Shown here piece after piece: positions 10,782-23,060 of a DNA stretch of 48,382 nucleotides. A model generated the notes under the pieces. It saw only the letters and a program-made list of their open reading frames with translations. It had not been told where the DNA came from and ran no database searches. The DNA is taken from positions 40,876,900 to 40,925,281 of the forward strand of contig NC_068982.1 in NCBI RefSeq assembly GCF_001194135.2. Direction: 5' to 3'. The DNA comes from Octopus bimaculoides. Taxonomy: Eukaryota. Each line of letters opens with the position of its first letter. The stretch's first letter is position 1. Position numbers and translations under genes: made by a program.

Positions 10782-11106
10782 TAGTGGTTCTCAACCATTT
10801 TTTTTATCTATGGACCTCTTTGACTGCTATTCTATTCTGGTGATTACCCCTACCCCATAGCCGTTCGATGTTTTAAGACTTTATAGATTCTTCTTTCAAA
10901 ATAACTATTTTGCTTTTCATACATTAACTTGTGTAGGTTGAACTTTGTAGGACGTTTTCAAAAGAAACCTGGCTGTTTCTTGTAATAAAGACATCTAAAG
11001 CAAAATTTTTTCATGGACCCTTAATAAACTACTGTGGGTCCTCAATTTATTATTTTGTTTGCATGGACCCAAAAAATCTTATATGGACCCCGGTTAAGAA
11101 CCACTG
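10782..11106. mobile_element. hAT/Charlie-like MITE
   Basis: TIR tagtggttctcaacc / ggttaagaaccactg. No TSD seen. A similar right end occurs at about 34945-34998. Confidence 0.6.
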
Positions 11107-11115
11107 ATAATGAAC

Positions 11116-12436
11116 TGTGCAGTACTCTTCACGCTTGCAGCAGGAAGCTGTGACTACATATGATGCTTACGTATGTCAAGGTAAACAACGTATCACTGAA
11201 AGTTCAGCGACTTTCTCAGAAACTCAGAGAGCTGTGCCAAGAACAGGATACTAACCGTTGACCTTTCAACTGATTGGCCATCGTTTTATCAACTCATTCA
11301 ACTTTGGTTCTTAATCATCTTTAGCTAGGCATATTTGTTTTTAAGGAAGTACCGGAGAGTATGTGGGCTGTGTCCGCCGATGAACAGTATAGACGTTTTT
11401 ACTAACAGATCCAGAGGCTAGAGCAACTAGCAGTCACTGAATTCTGAATCAGATACATCCCGGATTTTCATTGAGAAATTTTGGATGATTAGAATGATGA
11501 ATACTCGTTTTCATACATTTCCAGCTTAGTGATACCAGTACTGCAATGAGGACGCACGTAAAATAGCCTATCCAGTAGAGGCAAGGCCGGATTAAGATCC
11601 ATAGAGGTCCTTACCACTTAAAAGATTTTGGTGCCTCCATATATATGTAATTCAAAATAAAAAAACAATAATAAACCATAATTTTTTTTTTATTTTTAAA
11701 AATGAAACAAAACTAACAATAAGATGGAAAATAATGCTTATTTTTGTATACTTCCACTTTATTTATATTTGAAAAGTTTTCTTCTACTTTTTTTTAATTG
11801 CAAAGTCTTTGATCAGATCCTCATTATAAAACCATGAACACTTAGAAATTATATTTCCACTTTCAATATTATTTCAGCAAGTTTAAAGGGGTTGATATCT
11901 TTTGTACCGTAAACCATTTACAATTTCTGCGGTACCACCACTCCCTTGGTGCCCTAAGCATGTGCTTATTCTGCTTAATGGTTAATCCAGTGCTGAGTAG
12001 AGGTGATCAATCTACACGCGTCATATGGAACCGTTTTATTGAGCAGAGAGAGCTTATCCTCAGCTACGACTATACAGAACCTAAAAATCTAAGTCACTAA
12101 GTCAAAGAGCTAGTCAAATAACTCATGGTAATGCAGTAAGTCAAACTGGCAGAACCGATTCTTTGATCTCCACATGACACACTCATGGCTAGATATGAAT
12201 TAAACACGTCAACCAAGCACTTGTTGAGTGTGCAGTACTCTTCATGCTTGCAGCAGGAAGCTGTGACTACATATGATGCTTACGTATGCCAAGGTAAACA
12301 ACGTATCACTGAGAGTTAAGCGACTTTCTCAGGAACTCAGAGAGCTGTGCCAAGAACAGGATACTAACCGTTGACCTTTCAACCGATAGGCCATCGTTTT
12401 ATCAACTCGTTCAACTTTGGTTCTTAATCATCTTTA
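11116..12436. repeat. 1.3-kb unit bounded by 208-bp direct repeats (11116-11323, 12229-12436)
   Basis: Manual alignment shows 8 substitutions in 208 bp. Both copies start TGTG. A hAT MITE sits in the spacer. Confidence 0.9.
11582..11995. mobile_element. hAT-type MITE
   Basis: Exact 8-bp TSD agtagagg (11574-11581, 11996-12003) and imperfect TIR caaggccggattaa / ttaatccagtgctg. Confidence 0.8.
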
Positions 12437-13161
12437 CTCTTGGATCAACACCAAGAAAAAAAGAATTAAAAAAAAATTATTCTGTTTCATTTCGATTTCC
12501 TTTTTTTTTTTTAGGGGTAGGTATCTTTCTTTAAATATTTGTATAGCTTACAGAAGAGGCAGGAAGAAGTAATGCCATTGCTGAGTCAGAATTCCTGAAA
12601 TAGAAGTTATATTAGTTTTTTAACGTGTTAGTTTTAATAACTGTCCACATAGAGAGGTCGGTGTAAGGAAAACATCCAGCTGAAAAAATCTTGCTTCAAT
12701 TAAACGTGGTCTGATATCAAAAGCCAAGAAAAAAAAATGGTGCCACACCCAATGCACAGCTGGTTTAAACTAGATTACACTAATCTAGTTTACACCAGTA
12801 AATGTAGGTGACGCCAAATTTAGATAAGGAAAACTTATATTTACATGAAAATGTACATGTTGCAATTATTTGATAAATCTTGATGGCAGTAGTGATGGGA
12901 AGTATTAATACTGGTGCTGCAACGGAAGGAATTATAGGTAGGCAATTACGTTGGTGGTCCCGGACCTATGAGAGGAAGAGTGCAAGAGGTACCTCGTACT
13001 CGAGCAGCAGCAGGATTTACTGAAATCTCAAGAAAATGTCTGCCATTGAGGCTCGAAACAAACTTCGTACCTCACTAATAGAAATTTCTCTGAGACACCC
13101 TGAGGTAGTTGTTTATGATGGCTGAGGGTAATTTGTATGGGTATTAGTACTGATAACGTTG

Positions 13162-13203
<42 letters not shown>

Positions 13204-13302
13204 TATCTCAAGGCCAACTCTGATCGATCAGGCCTAAGCTCAAAGCGTCCCAGCTGTGACTATCTCATCTTTTTACGGTTATTATAGGACAATAGCATAT
13301 AA

Positions 13303-13484
13303 CAGTGGTTCTCAAGCTTTTAGATATTTGGGTCAGATCCAAAACCTGGATATTTTTTAGGGGTCACACCAAGAAAAATAAAACACAAGTCAATTAGAAA
13401 AGGAATATATATTTATAGAGGGAAGACCATCGAACCGCCAGAAGGACTGCATGCGGCCCAGTGAGCCGCAGTTGAGGACCGCTG
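13303..13484. mobile_element. hAT-type MITE
   Basis: TIR cagtggttctcaa / ttgaggaccgctg. TSD gcatataa / gcatatgt (6 of 8 match). Confidence 0.6.
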
Positions 13485-13659
13485 GCATATGTTTCCATTC
13501 TCCTATTTTCTTAAGACGATAAGGAGTAATCTGAGGAGGATTCAGTTGTTATTTCTACCAGGACAAGCTGTTACGTAGGGGCTCCCTCACTGGGTTGCTG
13601 CTGCTGCTGCTGCTGTTGTTGTTGTGGTTGTTGTTGTTGATGTCGCCTTGTCGTTGTGC

Positions 13660-13880
13660 TGTTGTTTAGCCTCCAATCAGTCTTGATCGAGCTGCTAACC
13701 TATGATCAGAAGTATTCCAGATATGATCATCCCATTTAGTTTTTTTTTTCCTCCTATATGTGGGTGGGGGGGTCCCTTGACCATATAATCCAATGTACTC
13801 TTTTTTTTTTGAACGGTGAAAGCAGTGTGATTTGAGAGAGAAAATTTAACTACTATTTCTAACTGGTTTGATTATGGTAG
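13660..13880 (+). mobile_element. Old interspersed repeat, family F (gttgtttagcc...ctgatcgagcagacctatgatcaaaggcattccag...gctatttctagcagg)
   Basis: Related copies at about 13210-13290, 14788-15030, 18640-18840, 24690-24910, 24955-25130, 31540-31770 (-) and 46900-46990 (-), often next to (GTT/GGT)n. Confidence 0.6.
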
Positions 13881-14296
13881 TAGGTGGAGATGTTGGTAAT
13901 TGTGGGTGTAATGATACTGGTGGTGGCGGCGTCGGCGGCGGCGGTCGTAATGAAGATGTGGTGGTAGCGGTAATGTTAATATATAGTTGTTGCTCACCTC
14001 ACCCATTCCTTAAGTAGGTTCTGGTTAAGTAAATCTATAATCAAAAACATTTCCGTCTTTTTTTCTCAAGACCACAGTATACCTTGAACTACACTATTCA
14101 CTATTTACCTATTGAGGTAAATATTGCTGTTGTTTCTAGTGACCACTTACAGACTCCCCTCACTGCCAACTCCACCCCCACCCACCTTCGAGTCAACAAG
14201 ATAGTGTTAGTAATACTGGTCGTAGTGGCGGTGGTGGCAGTGGCGCACTTGTGATAAACAGATTATGGCATGAGCAACAACGAATCTTAATTAATA

Positions 14297-14524
14297 TTGG
14301 GTTGTCCGGAAAGTTCGTGCCGATTTATAGTAGCTTACCTTTCGACTTATTTGCCATGAAACCACCTCAATTCAGGGAAGAGGGTATTTTTAAGTTAAAG
14401 GAAAGATGGAGACGCATTGTGCAACCAAATGGTTCATATTTGGTTGATTAAAAATGTAATGGCAAGTATTTATTGACCTTTTTCTTCCCTTTAAATATCG
14501 GCACGAACTTTCCGGACAACCAAA
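14297..14524 (+). mobile_element. 228-bp mariner deletion derivative (MITE)
   Basis: TA TSDs, about 28-bp TIRs ttgggttgtccggaaagttcgtgccgat / atcggcacgaactttccggacaaccaaa, and a retained transposase C-terminus FAMKPPQFREEGIFKLKERWRRIVQPNGSYLVD*. Confidence 0.85.
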
Positions 14525-14526
14525 TA

Positions 14527-14740
14527 GTTTCAAATTTTGGTACAAGGCCAGCAAGTTCGGGGAAAGCCGATTACATCGATCCCCCAGTTCTCAACTGGTA
14601 CTTATTTTATCGACCTCACAAAGGATGTAAAGGCATAGTCGACCTCGGCAGAGTTTTAACTCAGAACGTAAATCTGGACGAAATGCCGCAAAGCATTTTG
14701 CCCGGTGTGCTAATGATTCTAATCAGCTCGCTGCCTTAAT
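14527..14740 (-). mobile_element. Meta-like SINE
   Basis: Same core and tail as the 8040-9097 copies. Another fragment lies at about 17340-17460. Confidence 0.75.
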
Positions 14741-16089
14741 CGTTTTGGTGGCAAATATCTGCAATAGTTGTTATCGTCATAATCGTCGTTGTTTAGCCCT
14801 AGGTTAGACCCAGATGAGCAGAACTATGATTTAAGCGCATTCCAGTCGAAACTATGCAGTCTTATTCGTCTCCGCAGCTGCACTCATCCATCCCTACGCC
14901 CGCCACCAAATACACGAAGCCCAATAACACATTATCGAATGTGTCTTTTTGTAAGACGGTCGAAAGTAGAAGTGAGTGTATGATCTGAGAGAAATTTTAG
15001 CTGTTATTTCTAACAAATCGACTGAAAATGCAGGGCAGCCATGTGCAAACTGCGGCCCGCAGGACTTTCTAAATGACACACCGAACGAAAATTACTTCGA
15101 ACGTATTAGTTGTGCGGTTTACCTGATGATGAATCATGTCTCATGCGTCTTCTTCTCGCAAAAGGTTGACCATGCCTGACGTAAAGGTTTTCCTCTGATG
15201 GCCGGAAGACGATAAACACAATATAAGCAAGTATCGCTGATCTGACTCGATGTGTAAGAGACACTAGAATCACACAATACTTAAAAGTCTGTTTGCTAGT
15301 GTTTGAGAAAGCCAAGAGACAATACAGTCACCTCTAACCTAAATACCAGCTTGAAGGAAATAAAATCAACAATATTGACAGCGTTTAACAATATGTGGAA
15401 ACTTATCGTATAGCTGGCAACATGATTACACATCAATAGATAAATACCTTGGAATAGATACAATTTGAAGAGATGTAAATGACAGAGGTTAATCCTTTTC
15501 AAAACTAGCGATTCGATTCTCTTTTGTTTTCAACACTTTATATTTATACTACGTGAAATAATGCCTAAATCACTATGTATTTATATTTCTCGCTGTCTAG
15601 TTTTATATCCTAAATGCATCTCAACTTTTATCTTCCGTTCAAAATATTCCGTGAAATACTTACAATTGTTCTGCCCGGTCGTTGTTATATAAACTTATCC
15701 AGGATTTCTATTAAAATAAATGAGAAAACTTGACCAGGATTTTAATATGCCTCAGGCTTTCAAACATCCACGAATACTCATACGTGTGTACGTAGACGTC
15801 ACGAATACTCATACGTGTGCGTGTGTAGGTGCCCTTGTGTTTAAGTATGTGGATGTAATGTATATTTTTCCATTGCTTCACAAACCAGAGTGATTTTGTA
15901 GAATAGAACTATTTTATTTTCTATATTATTAACACAGACGCTTTCTTACATTCTTGGTGAAAATATTTATGTCAATTTCCGCAGAATATTTTGGATTTTT
16001 CTGTTATAAGTAAAATTCCTAGATGGCGACCAAAGGAGGTGGCTGTCTTCTCAATTGATACGCTACTGTGGGTGCCGCTGGATGATTGA

Positions 16090-16400
16090 TTCTGGTGATG
16101 ATGTTATTCCACGCTTTCCAATCCATGGTGCAGCCCTTAGCATTCTTGAAGTGGGGGTGCTACGACTTCAGGTCTTCCTCAATTTATTTCACCCTTGTCT
16201 TCTTTGGTGCGCTGCCCTGGATCCTCCAGTGCGTGGGTCGCTGCCGTCACAAAAGTTGCTGTGGTATTTTTCCGGTACTCATCCTGCTGTAGCCTGCGCT
16301 GAAGGACTTGATCTTCAATGGTCGGCTGTTAGCATTGTTGTATTTTTAACAATAATGTTTCATAACACGAGGTCAACTCAGATCGAGCAAATCTGATTCA
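16090..16400 (-). pseudogene. Degenerate RTE-like LINE ORF2 C-terminus
   Basis: Minus strand TIEDQVLQRRLQ...RMSTGKIPQQLL*...SAPKKTRVK*IEEDLKS...MDWKAWNNII resembles the RTE C-terminal pattern RM...IPKQLL...GRPKKRW...IKEDLK...DR..W. Confidence 0.65.
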
Positions 16401-16664
16401 AACAGTAAGCATGTCGTCTGTTTTCTATATCAAGGACTCCATTGTTCAATTGACCCTCCGTTTTTTTAAAACAATAGGATGCAGTGGCCTAGTGTAGGAT
16501 ATGAGGGATGTGCAGATTGCTCAGGGTGATTACTATATATACGAATGTTTACTATAGTCGTAGATATGTTACGTTTAAGGAAGTGGAGCACTAAATCCAT
16601 GCTACACCACTGGTAAGGCTGTGATAAGAGGAAAATTTGCTTCCCATCAAATGTGTTCCCTGTT

Positions 16665-16973
16665 TGGACCTCGCACTCCGTCGGTCGCGACGACGAGGGT
16701 TCCAGTTGATCAGGTCAACAGAACAGCCTGCTCGTGAAATTAACGTGCATGTGGCTGAGCTCTCCTCAGACACGCGTATCCTTAACATAGTTCTTAGGAA
16801 GATTCAGCGCGACACAAAATGGAACAAGGCTGATCCTTTGAAATACAGATATTATTCATTTTCGCTAGCTGAGTGGTCTGGAGTAACGCGAAATAAAGTG
16901 TCTTGCTCAATGAAACAACGCGCCACTAGGAATTGAACTCGCGACCTTACGATTGTGAGCCAAATACCTTAAC
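16665..16973 (-). mobile_element. Family D SINE
   Basis: Homologous to 20611-20935, 5' end slightly truncated. Confidence 0.8.
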
Positions 16974-16989
16974 TTTCTTTGTCTGAACC

Positions 16990-17302
16990 GTAGGTTACGA
17001 CGACGAGGGTTCCAGTTGATCCGATCAACGGAACAGCCTGCTCGTGAAATTAACGTGCAAGCGGCTGAGCACTCCACAGACACGTGTACCCTTAACGTAG
17101 TTCTCGGGGGAAATTCAGCGTGACACAGAGTGTGACAAGGCTGGCCCTTTGAAATACAGGTACAACAGAAACAGGAAGATAGAGTGGAGCTTTAGGTGTT
17201 TTCGCTCAATAAACACCCACAACGCCCGGTCTGGGAATCGAAACCGCGATCCTACAACCGCGAGTCCGCTGCCCTAATCACTGGGCCATTGCGCCTCCAC
17301 TC
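16990..17302 (-). mobile_element. Chimeric SINE: family C head plus family D 3' body
   Basis: 10-bp TSD tgtctgaacc (16980-16989, 17303-17312). Head matches 5740-5834; body matches 16665-16850 and 20750-20930. Confidence 0.85.
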
Positions 17303-19544
17303 TGTCTGAACCAATCAAGTATTAAACTACATAGAAACAATGGTACTTATTTTGTCGATCTCGAAAGGATGAAAGTCGACGTCAGTGGTATTTGAACTCA
17401 GAACGTAAAGCTCTGGAAGAAATGTCCGTGAAGCATTTTGTCCGATGTTACTAATGATTCTGTTTGTTCACAGCCTTCAAAATCGTTAAAAAATTACGAT
17501 TACTTCAAAATGTTGTTCATTTTTATTTTCAATATTTTTATTGGTTTTGTTATTCTCGTTGTTATCGTTGTTGCTGTCGTTACGAGACCTAACTGCTTTG
17601 TGATGTGTTCAATGCGCCCCCATTACGTGACCATAATTCTAATGAAATCCTCTGGCTTTGTGTTTCAATTTAAGCTTTGAAAAATATTCAACAATTCAAA
17701 AAAAGTCAAAGCGCGGTGGGTTAACGGGGGCGGGGGGCGGGGGACGTTGTTGTGTTTGTTGTTAATGGTAGTTTGTAAAGGCGATGATTGAAGAAGTGAT
17801 GAGAATATTCGTGGCGTCACACAGATGATGTTGATGGCAGTGGTGGCGACGGCGGCGGTGGTGGTGGCAATGTTAAAGTTATTGTTGCTTTTCTTGTTGT
17901 TGTTGTTGTTGCTGCTGCTGCTGTATTTTAACACCTTCCGCCTCCGAGTAGACTCTGGTCAAGGACATTCTGGGATTTTGGGCTTTTTTTTAATTATTTT
18001 TTTTCGGACATATTGTACTCTGGAGTGCATTATCTAATGTATTCTTTGGTATTTTTTCACTGTTGTTGTTGTTGTTGTTTTAAGTCGAGAGAATGTTTCG
18101 TTTTTATGTTTAGTTTGCCAAAATTCTTTATGCGAATTCGTGAGTTGAAACAGTTTTTGTTGTATCTCGGGAGGGTCATTATGCCAATAATAAACACATG
18201 CACTGGTTCGATTTCATTCCTTTTATTATTATCAGTCAACTAGTTAACCATTTAACCAATTAGCTAATCTATTGATCGACCGAACAATTAAGCAAACAAT
18301 TGATTCCTTAATTGGTTACATGGTTAACTAGTTTTTACTACTAATAATAATGATAACAAAAGTGTTGCTTGAGAGAAATATAGCTGTTATTTCATCTAAT
18401 CAAATGACAATATTCTAAGGTTCCTCGTTGAATTGAGGTGATAATGTTGTTGTTGTTGGTGGTGGTGGTGGTGGTGGTGGTGATGGTGGTCGTCGTCGTG
18501 GTCGTGGTTGTCGTGGCAAAGAAAGATTCTGGCATTAGCAATAGTTTTTAGTAATGATTAAATGTTTTGGTGGAAAGTATAATAGCATCCATAGCCGTTG
18601 TTGTTCTTGCTGTTATTATTACTGCTGTTGGTGCTGTTGTTTAGTTATAGGTCATTTCTGTCCTAACAAATCCATGATCGAAGGCATCGTAGTCTTGACC
18701 ATCACATCCTTTTCCTTATCCAAGACTACGGTCGTCCTATGTTTCTCTCCTGTTTTCAGACGGTAAGGTGTGAATTGAAGGAATTTGCCAGCTGCTATTT
18801 CTTGTAGGTCAAACAACTACCTAGAGGCTCCCTTCCCTTCCCTTCTGGAGCCTGGAATATCACTTACCAAAAGATGTTTACATAAAATTATACAGAAGGC
18901 TATAATTTAAACAATGATTACTTTAAAACTGAAGGTGTTATGTTCAAGATCGAAAGACAGTCTCATTTATGCCAGATTGGCTTAGTAACTAACATAACAT
19001 AATGTGTAGCGATAGATGTAGCGAAAGATGAAGCAATAGACTTAAGATTTAGGGTTGGCGTCTAAGGTCAGTCCGACCAGTGGCTGACTTGAGATTAATC
19101 AATTAGTAACGTATTTTTAGTGAACATTTTTCAAAAAAATTTTCTGGGACAAGTGAATAGCAAAATCAGATTCGGCGTGAAAAATTACATCAATATACCA
19201 AACAATGAATATATTTTTTATAGCGAAAATTCAAACACGAGAGTTCTGAATATAGGTACGTAGTGGTTGTTGTTCTAATCAGACAATAGCTTGGTTTGTT
19301 ACAATGGGAACAGGCACCACTGTGTCTGTGGCTTACGACTGGCTAAAATTACCCAAAATTTGCAAACCTTAAAAGCTATTAATTTTTTAGTTATTAATTT
19401 ATGGCAAAAATGAATTTCATTTCCATAGTTAGCATACAAAACTACATCAGTAGTTTGAAACCAATTGGGACAAGATTAAAGGAATTGAAAAGCGAAAGCC
19501 AAACAGAAAAGATTCTAGATTTATTCGACTAAACCCGTCTAAGC

Positions 19545-20025
19545 CAGTGCTACTCAAAGTGGTGGTCCGCGAGCCATCAGCTGCCGGTACGCGGCGAGTC
19601 TCCAGAAAAGAAAGAAACATTATAAAATACTTATGTAATATTATTTGTTTACAAAATATATATAAGATAACAACAATTGTTAACTTTTATTGTATTCATT
19701 ATATATATTGCAGCGTGGAAGGTGTTTATAAGTCATTTAAGAAACACACAAAAACCGTTAGATTCACTTCAACATTTTAATTTAATTTGCCAAAATATTT
19801 TCGTCGCTTTGAGACCGCGACCTGTTCACTGACAAAATTCCGTGCGGCAATTGTTTTCGTTCCAGTACACGATCTCAGATCAGGTCACTTGCTATGCAAG
19901 TACATCTCCGTTATTATACATATTGTTTCCGGTATAAATTGATATTACTAAGAAATATTATCGGTCCCTAGAACATTGGTAAAAGAAATGCCGGTACGCC
20001 ACATCAGATAGCTTGAGTAACACTG
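19545..20025. mobile_element. 481-bp hAT-type MITE
   Basis: TIR cagtgctactcaa / ttgagtaacactg and exact 8-bp TSD gtctaagc (19537-19544, 20026-20033). Confidence 0.88.
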
Positions 20026-20149
20026 GTCTAAGCAACATCCCAGCAAACTGCAGTCCAATAACTGAAAGAAGTAAAAGATAAGGACTTCGTACTTCCAAAA
20101 TCACAATACATCTTAAGCTCTCAATTCTGATTCAGTGGTTACACTTACT

Positions 20150-20580
<431 letters not shown>

Positions 20581-20610
20581 CGATCTGTACTTGCTTTATT
20601 ACAATAATAG

Positions 20611-20935
20611 TGAAGGTACGTGGCTTGGTGGTTAGGGTATTCGGTTCATAATCGTATGGTCGTGTGTTCGATTCCCGGTGGCTCGTTGTTTCCTTGAGCA
20701 AGATACTTTATTTCACGTTGCTCCAGTCCACTCAACTGGCAAAAATTAACTGTACCTGTAATTCAAAGGGTCATCCTTGTCACATTCTGTGTCACGCTGA
20801 ATCTCCCTGAAAACTACGTTAAGGGTACGCGTATCTGTGGAGTGCTCAGTCACCTGCATGTTAATTTCACGAGCAGGCTATTCTGCTGGTCAAATCAATT
20901 GAAACACTCGTCGTCATAACCGACGGAGTACCAGA
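20611..20935 (+). mobile_element. Full-length family D SINE
   Basis: A box tggcttggtggttagg, B box gttcgattcc, probable TSD ttacaata. A related fragment lies at about 36905-37110 (-). Confidence 0.85.
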
Positions 20936-21784
20936 ATTTTACAATACTACTGTTACTGCCTTGAACAGGGTGTTCAAAGCTTATCCGGCACCCGAAGTAT
21001 TTGCAACATCTGGGTGTTCTTTTATTCTTTTATTTGTTTCAGTTATATGATAGTGGCCATGCTGCAGCACCTGTCACATTCCGAGTGAACATTGGTTTCT
21101 ACCTTGACTGCTGCAATATCATACTTAAAATTTAAATATTCTCTTCTTCTCGAACAGATGTCATTAGCGTTACGGCAGTATTGCGTTCCTGGAAATGTTG
21201 TCTAAAGAAAAGGTTCCGTAATGCGAGACGTATTTCTCATTGACTTCAAGGGAACAGGGTTTCGCGTTATTGAATTCCACGTTACGGGGAAATTATCAGG
21301 AACACAGCGTTTCTATAATACCGAGATGCCTGCATTCTTATTTGACATCCAGTGGGGAAAGGCTTCGTATTACTGAACTCCTCGTTACGGGAAAATTTTC
21401 AGGAACATAACGTTTCCGTAACACGGGGATACCAGCGTTCTTATTTTGGCTATTTGAATCCGTCCACCTGGTTCGAGATTAAGACAAAAACAGTAGAAGG
21501 TTATTTTGTAACGTTGTTCATGTCGATATTGACATTGTTATTGTTGTTGTAGAAATAGTCGTCATCGTCGGCGTCCGTCCGTCCGTCGTTGTTGTTGACA
21601 TTGTTGTCTTCGTTGACACCAGCACTAACTGCTGTTTGTATTATGGATATTATTTGAACGTATTAAAATAAATGGTTTTCTCATTGAATTTGAAATGTTA
21701 TTTTGAAATGAATCGTGTGTTTGTTCGTTCGTTTGTTTGTTTGTTTGTTTACTATATTTTGTCTTCTCTTTCTTCTAATTGCAG

Positions 21785-21865
21785 CTTACGTCATGTGATG
21801 CTGAAGGATCCAACCAGAGCGTGGGTCGATTCCGTGTAGAAACGGGCGAAAGAGATACAGATGAG
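21785..21865 (+). CDS. GARNL3: GARNL3-like coding exon (first one found): LTSCDAEGSNQSVGRFRVETGERDTDE
   Basis: Acceptor ttctaattgcag, donor GAG|gtaaag, 81 nt, phase 0/0. Resembles the recalled vertebrate GARNL3 N-terminal motif LISSDADG...GRFRVENG. In frame with the next exon. Confidence 0.85.
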
Positions 21866-22117
21866 GTAAAGAGATTTGAAAGCTAAATTAATTGATATTT
21901 TCACAAGCATTTTATGCATTGAATATCTTAGTAATTGAATTATTCGTGAAATTGTAGAGAGAGAAGAAAGTTGTAAGTTGAATGTGGGAAGAAATGACAT
22001 CAGCTGCGACGATGTTTTCATTAAATACACTTTAGTATTTTCATAAGTTGAAATTTATAAAATAAATAAATACATTCAGATATCTTCTTTACATTCTGAA
22101 TTTAATTNNNNNNNNNN

Positions 22118-23060
22118 GTGGCGATTTCTGAAAATACTGTTGTGACGCGCGAGTCCATAACGTGGAATTAACTTTCACATTATCAGAAAACTCTTTAAAG
22201 TAAATAGGGAATGTTTTGTTGTAAATAGCAAAAAGGAGCAATGTTTTGTTGAAAATATTCTTTGACAATGTACGTTTCTACAGCAAGACAAAAGTGTTTC
22301 TATGGGTCATTCTTGACTTATTCAAATGCCAAATAAGAGATAAATTAAACATCCCTCAATCCTTGAAACTCTTGGATTTTCAGATTGATACACGAGTAGG
22401 ACTTTGATTTTACATCACCAGAAGCATTTCTTTCTAGAGGAAGCGTTAGGCGATTTTTGGCTGATTTTTCTTCTCGAGAAATGAAAGTTCCAGTAAAGTG
22501 CAACATTATTTTGTTGCTCTGGTGTGTAGTTCAGTTTAACATTTTTCTTTTTTCTTTGCTGCTACTCAAAATAATTAATAACAGCCTCTGAATCAACACT
22601 GTCAGCTTCACCGGTCATTTTCATGCTGTGCAAATCAAGCGTTTCTTAAACTTTCCAAGCAGACTTTACTAGCCAGAAAAAAAAAATCCCATTAGAAGTT
22701 TCAACTTCCCTTTGCTGCAAATCGTCATATAAACTTTTGACTCTTTTTAATTGCCAGCGTGTTTATCGATATATTACGTCGAGTTTGATCTTTGATCTAT
22801 ACGCTCAAGAGCTTTTCCATTTTTAGCATCACATTAAATCTTTGCAAACTTAAGGTCCAAGCAGTTAACGCAGTAGCTTCTTGAACACTTGAATTAAATT
22901 TCCATTGCCGTGTATTTTCACTGAAGACGTAGCAAGCTTTAATGCGTTTGATAATGTGGCAAAATTACAGAGTCTATCCTGAAATTAGTAGTCATACTTT
23001 ACAATGTCCATAAGCGCAAAATCATGTGTCCTGAAGTAATTGGAACACGAGTGATGCCTG
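22118..23060 (-). pseudogene. Degenerate pogo/Tigger-type DNA transposon with transposase relic
   Basis: Minus-strand fragments KMEKLLSV*I/KDQTRRNISI, HSMKMTGEADSVDSEA, KSAKNRLTLPL.RNASGD and LLVYQSENPR match recalled Tigger1 motifs (MEKLL.VWIEDQ, GEAASAD, KASKDRLTLLLGANAAGD, IYHSENPR). Terminus TA-CAGGCATCACTCG at 23048-23062. Many frameshifts and stops. Confidence 0.8.
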
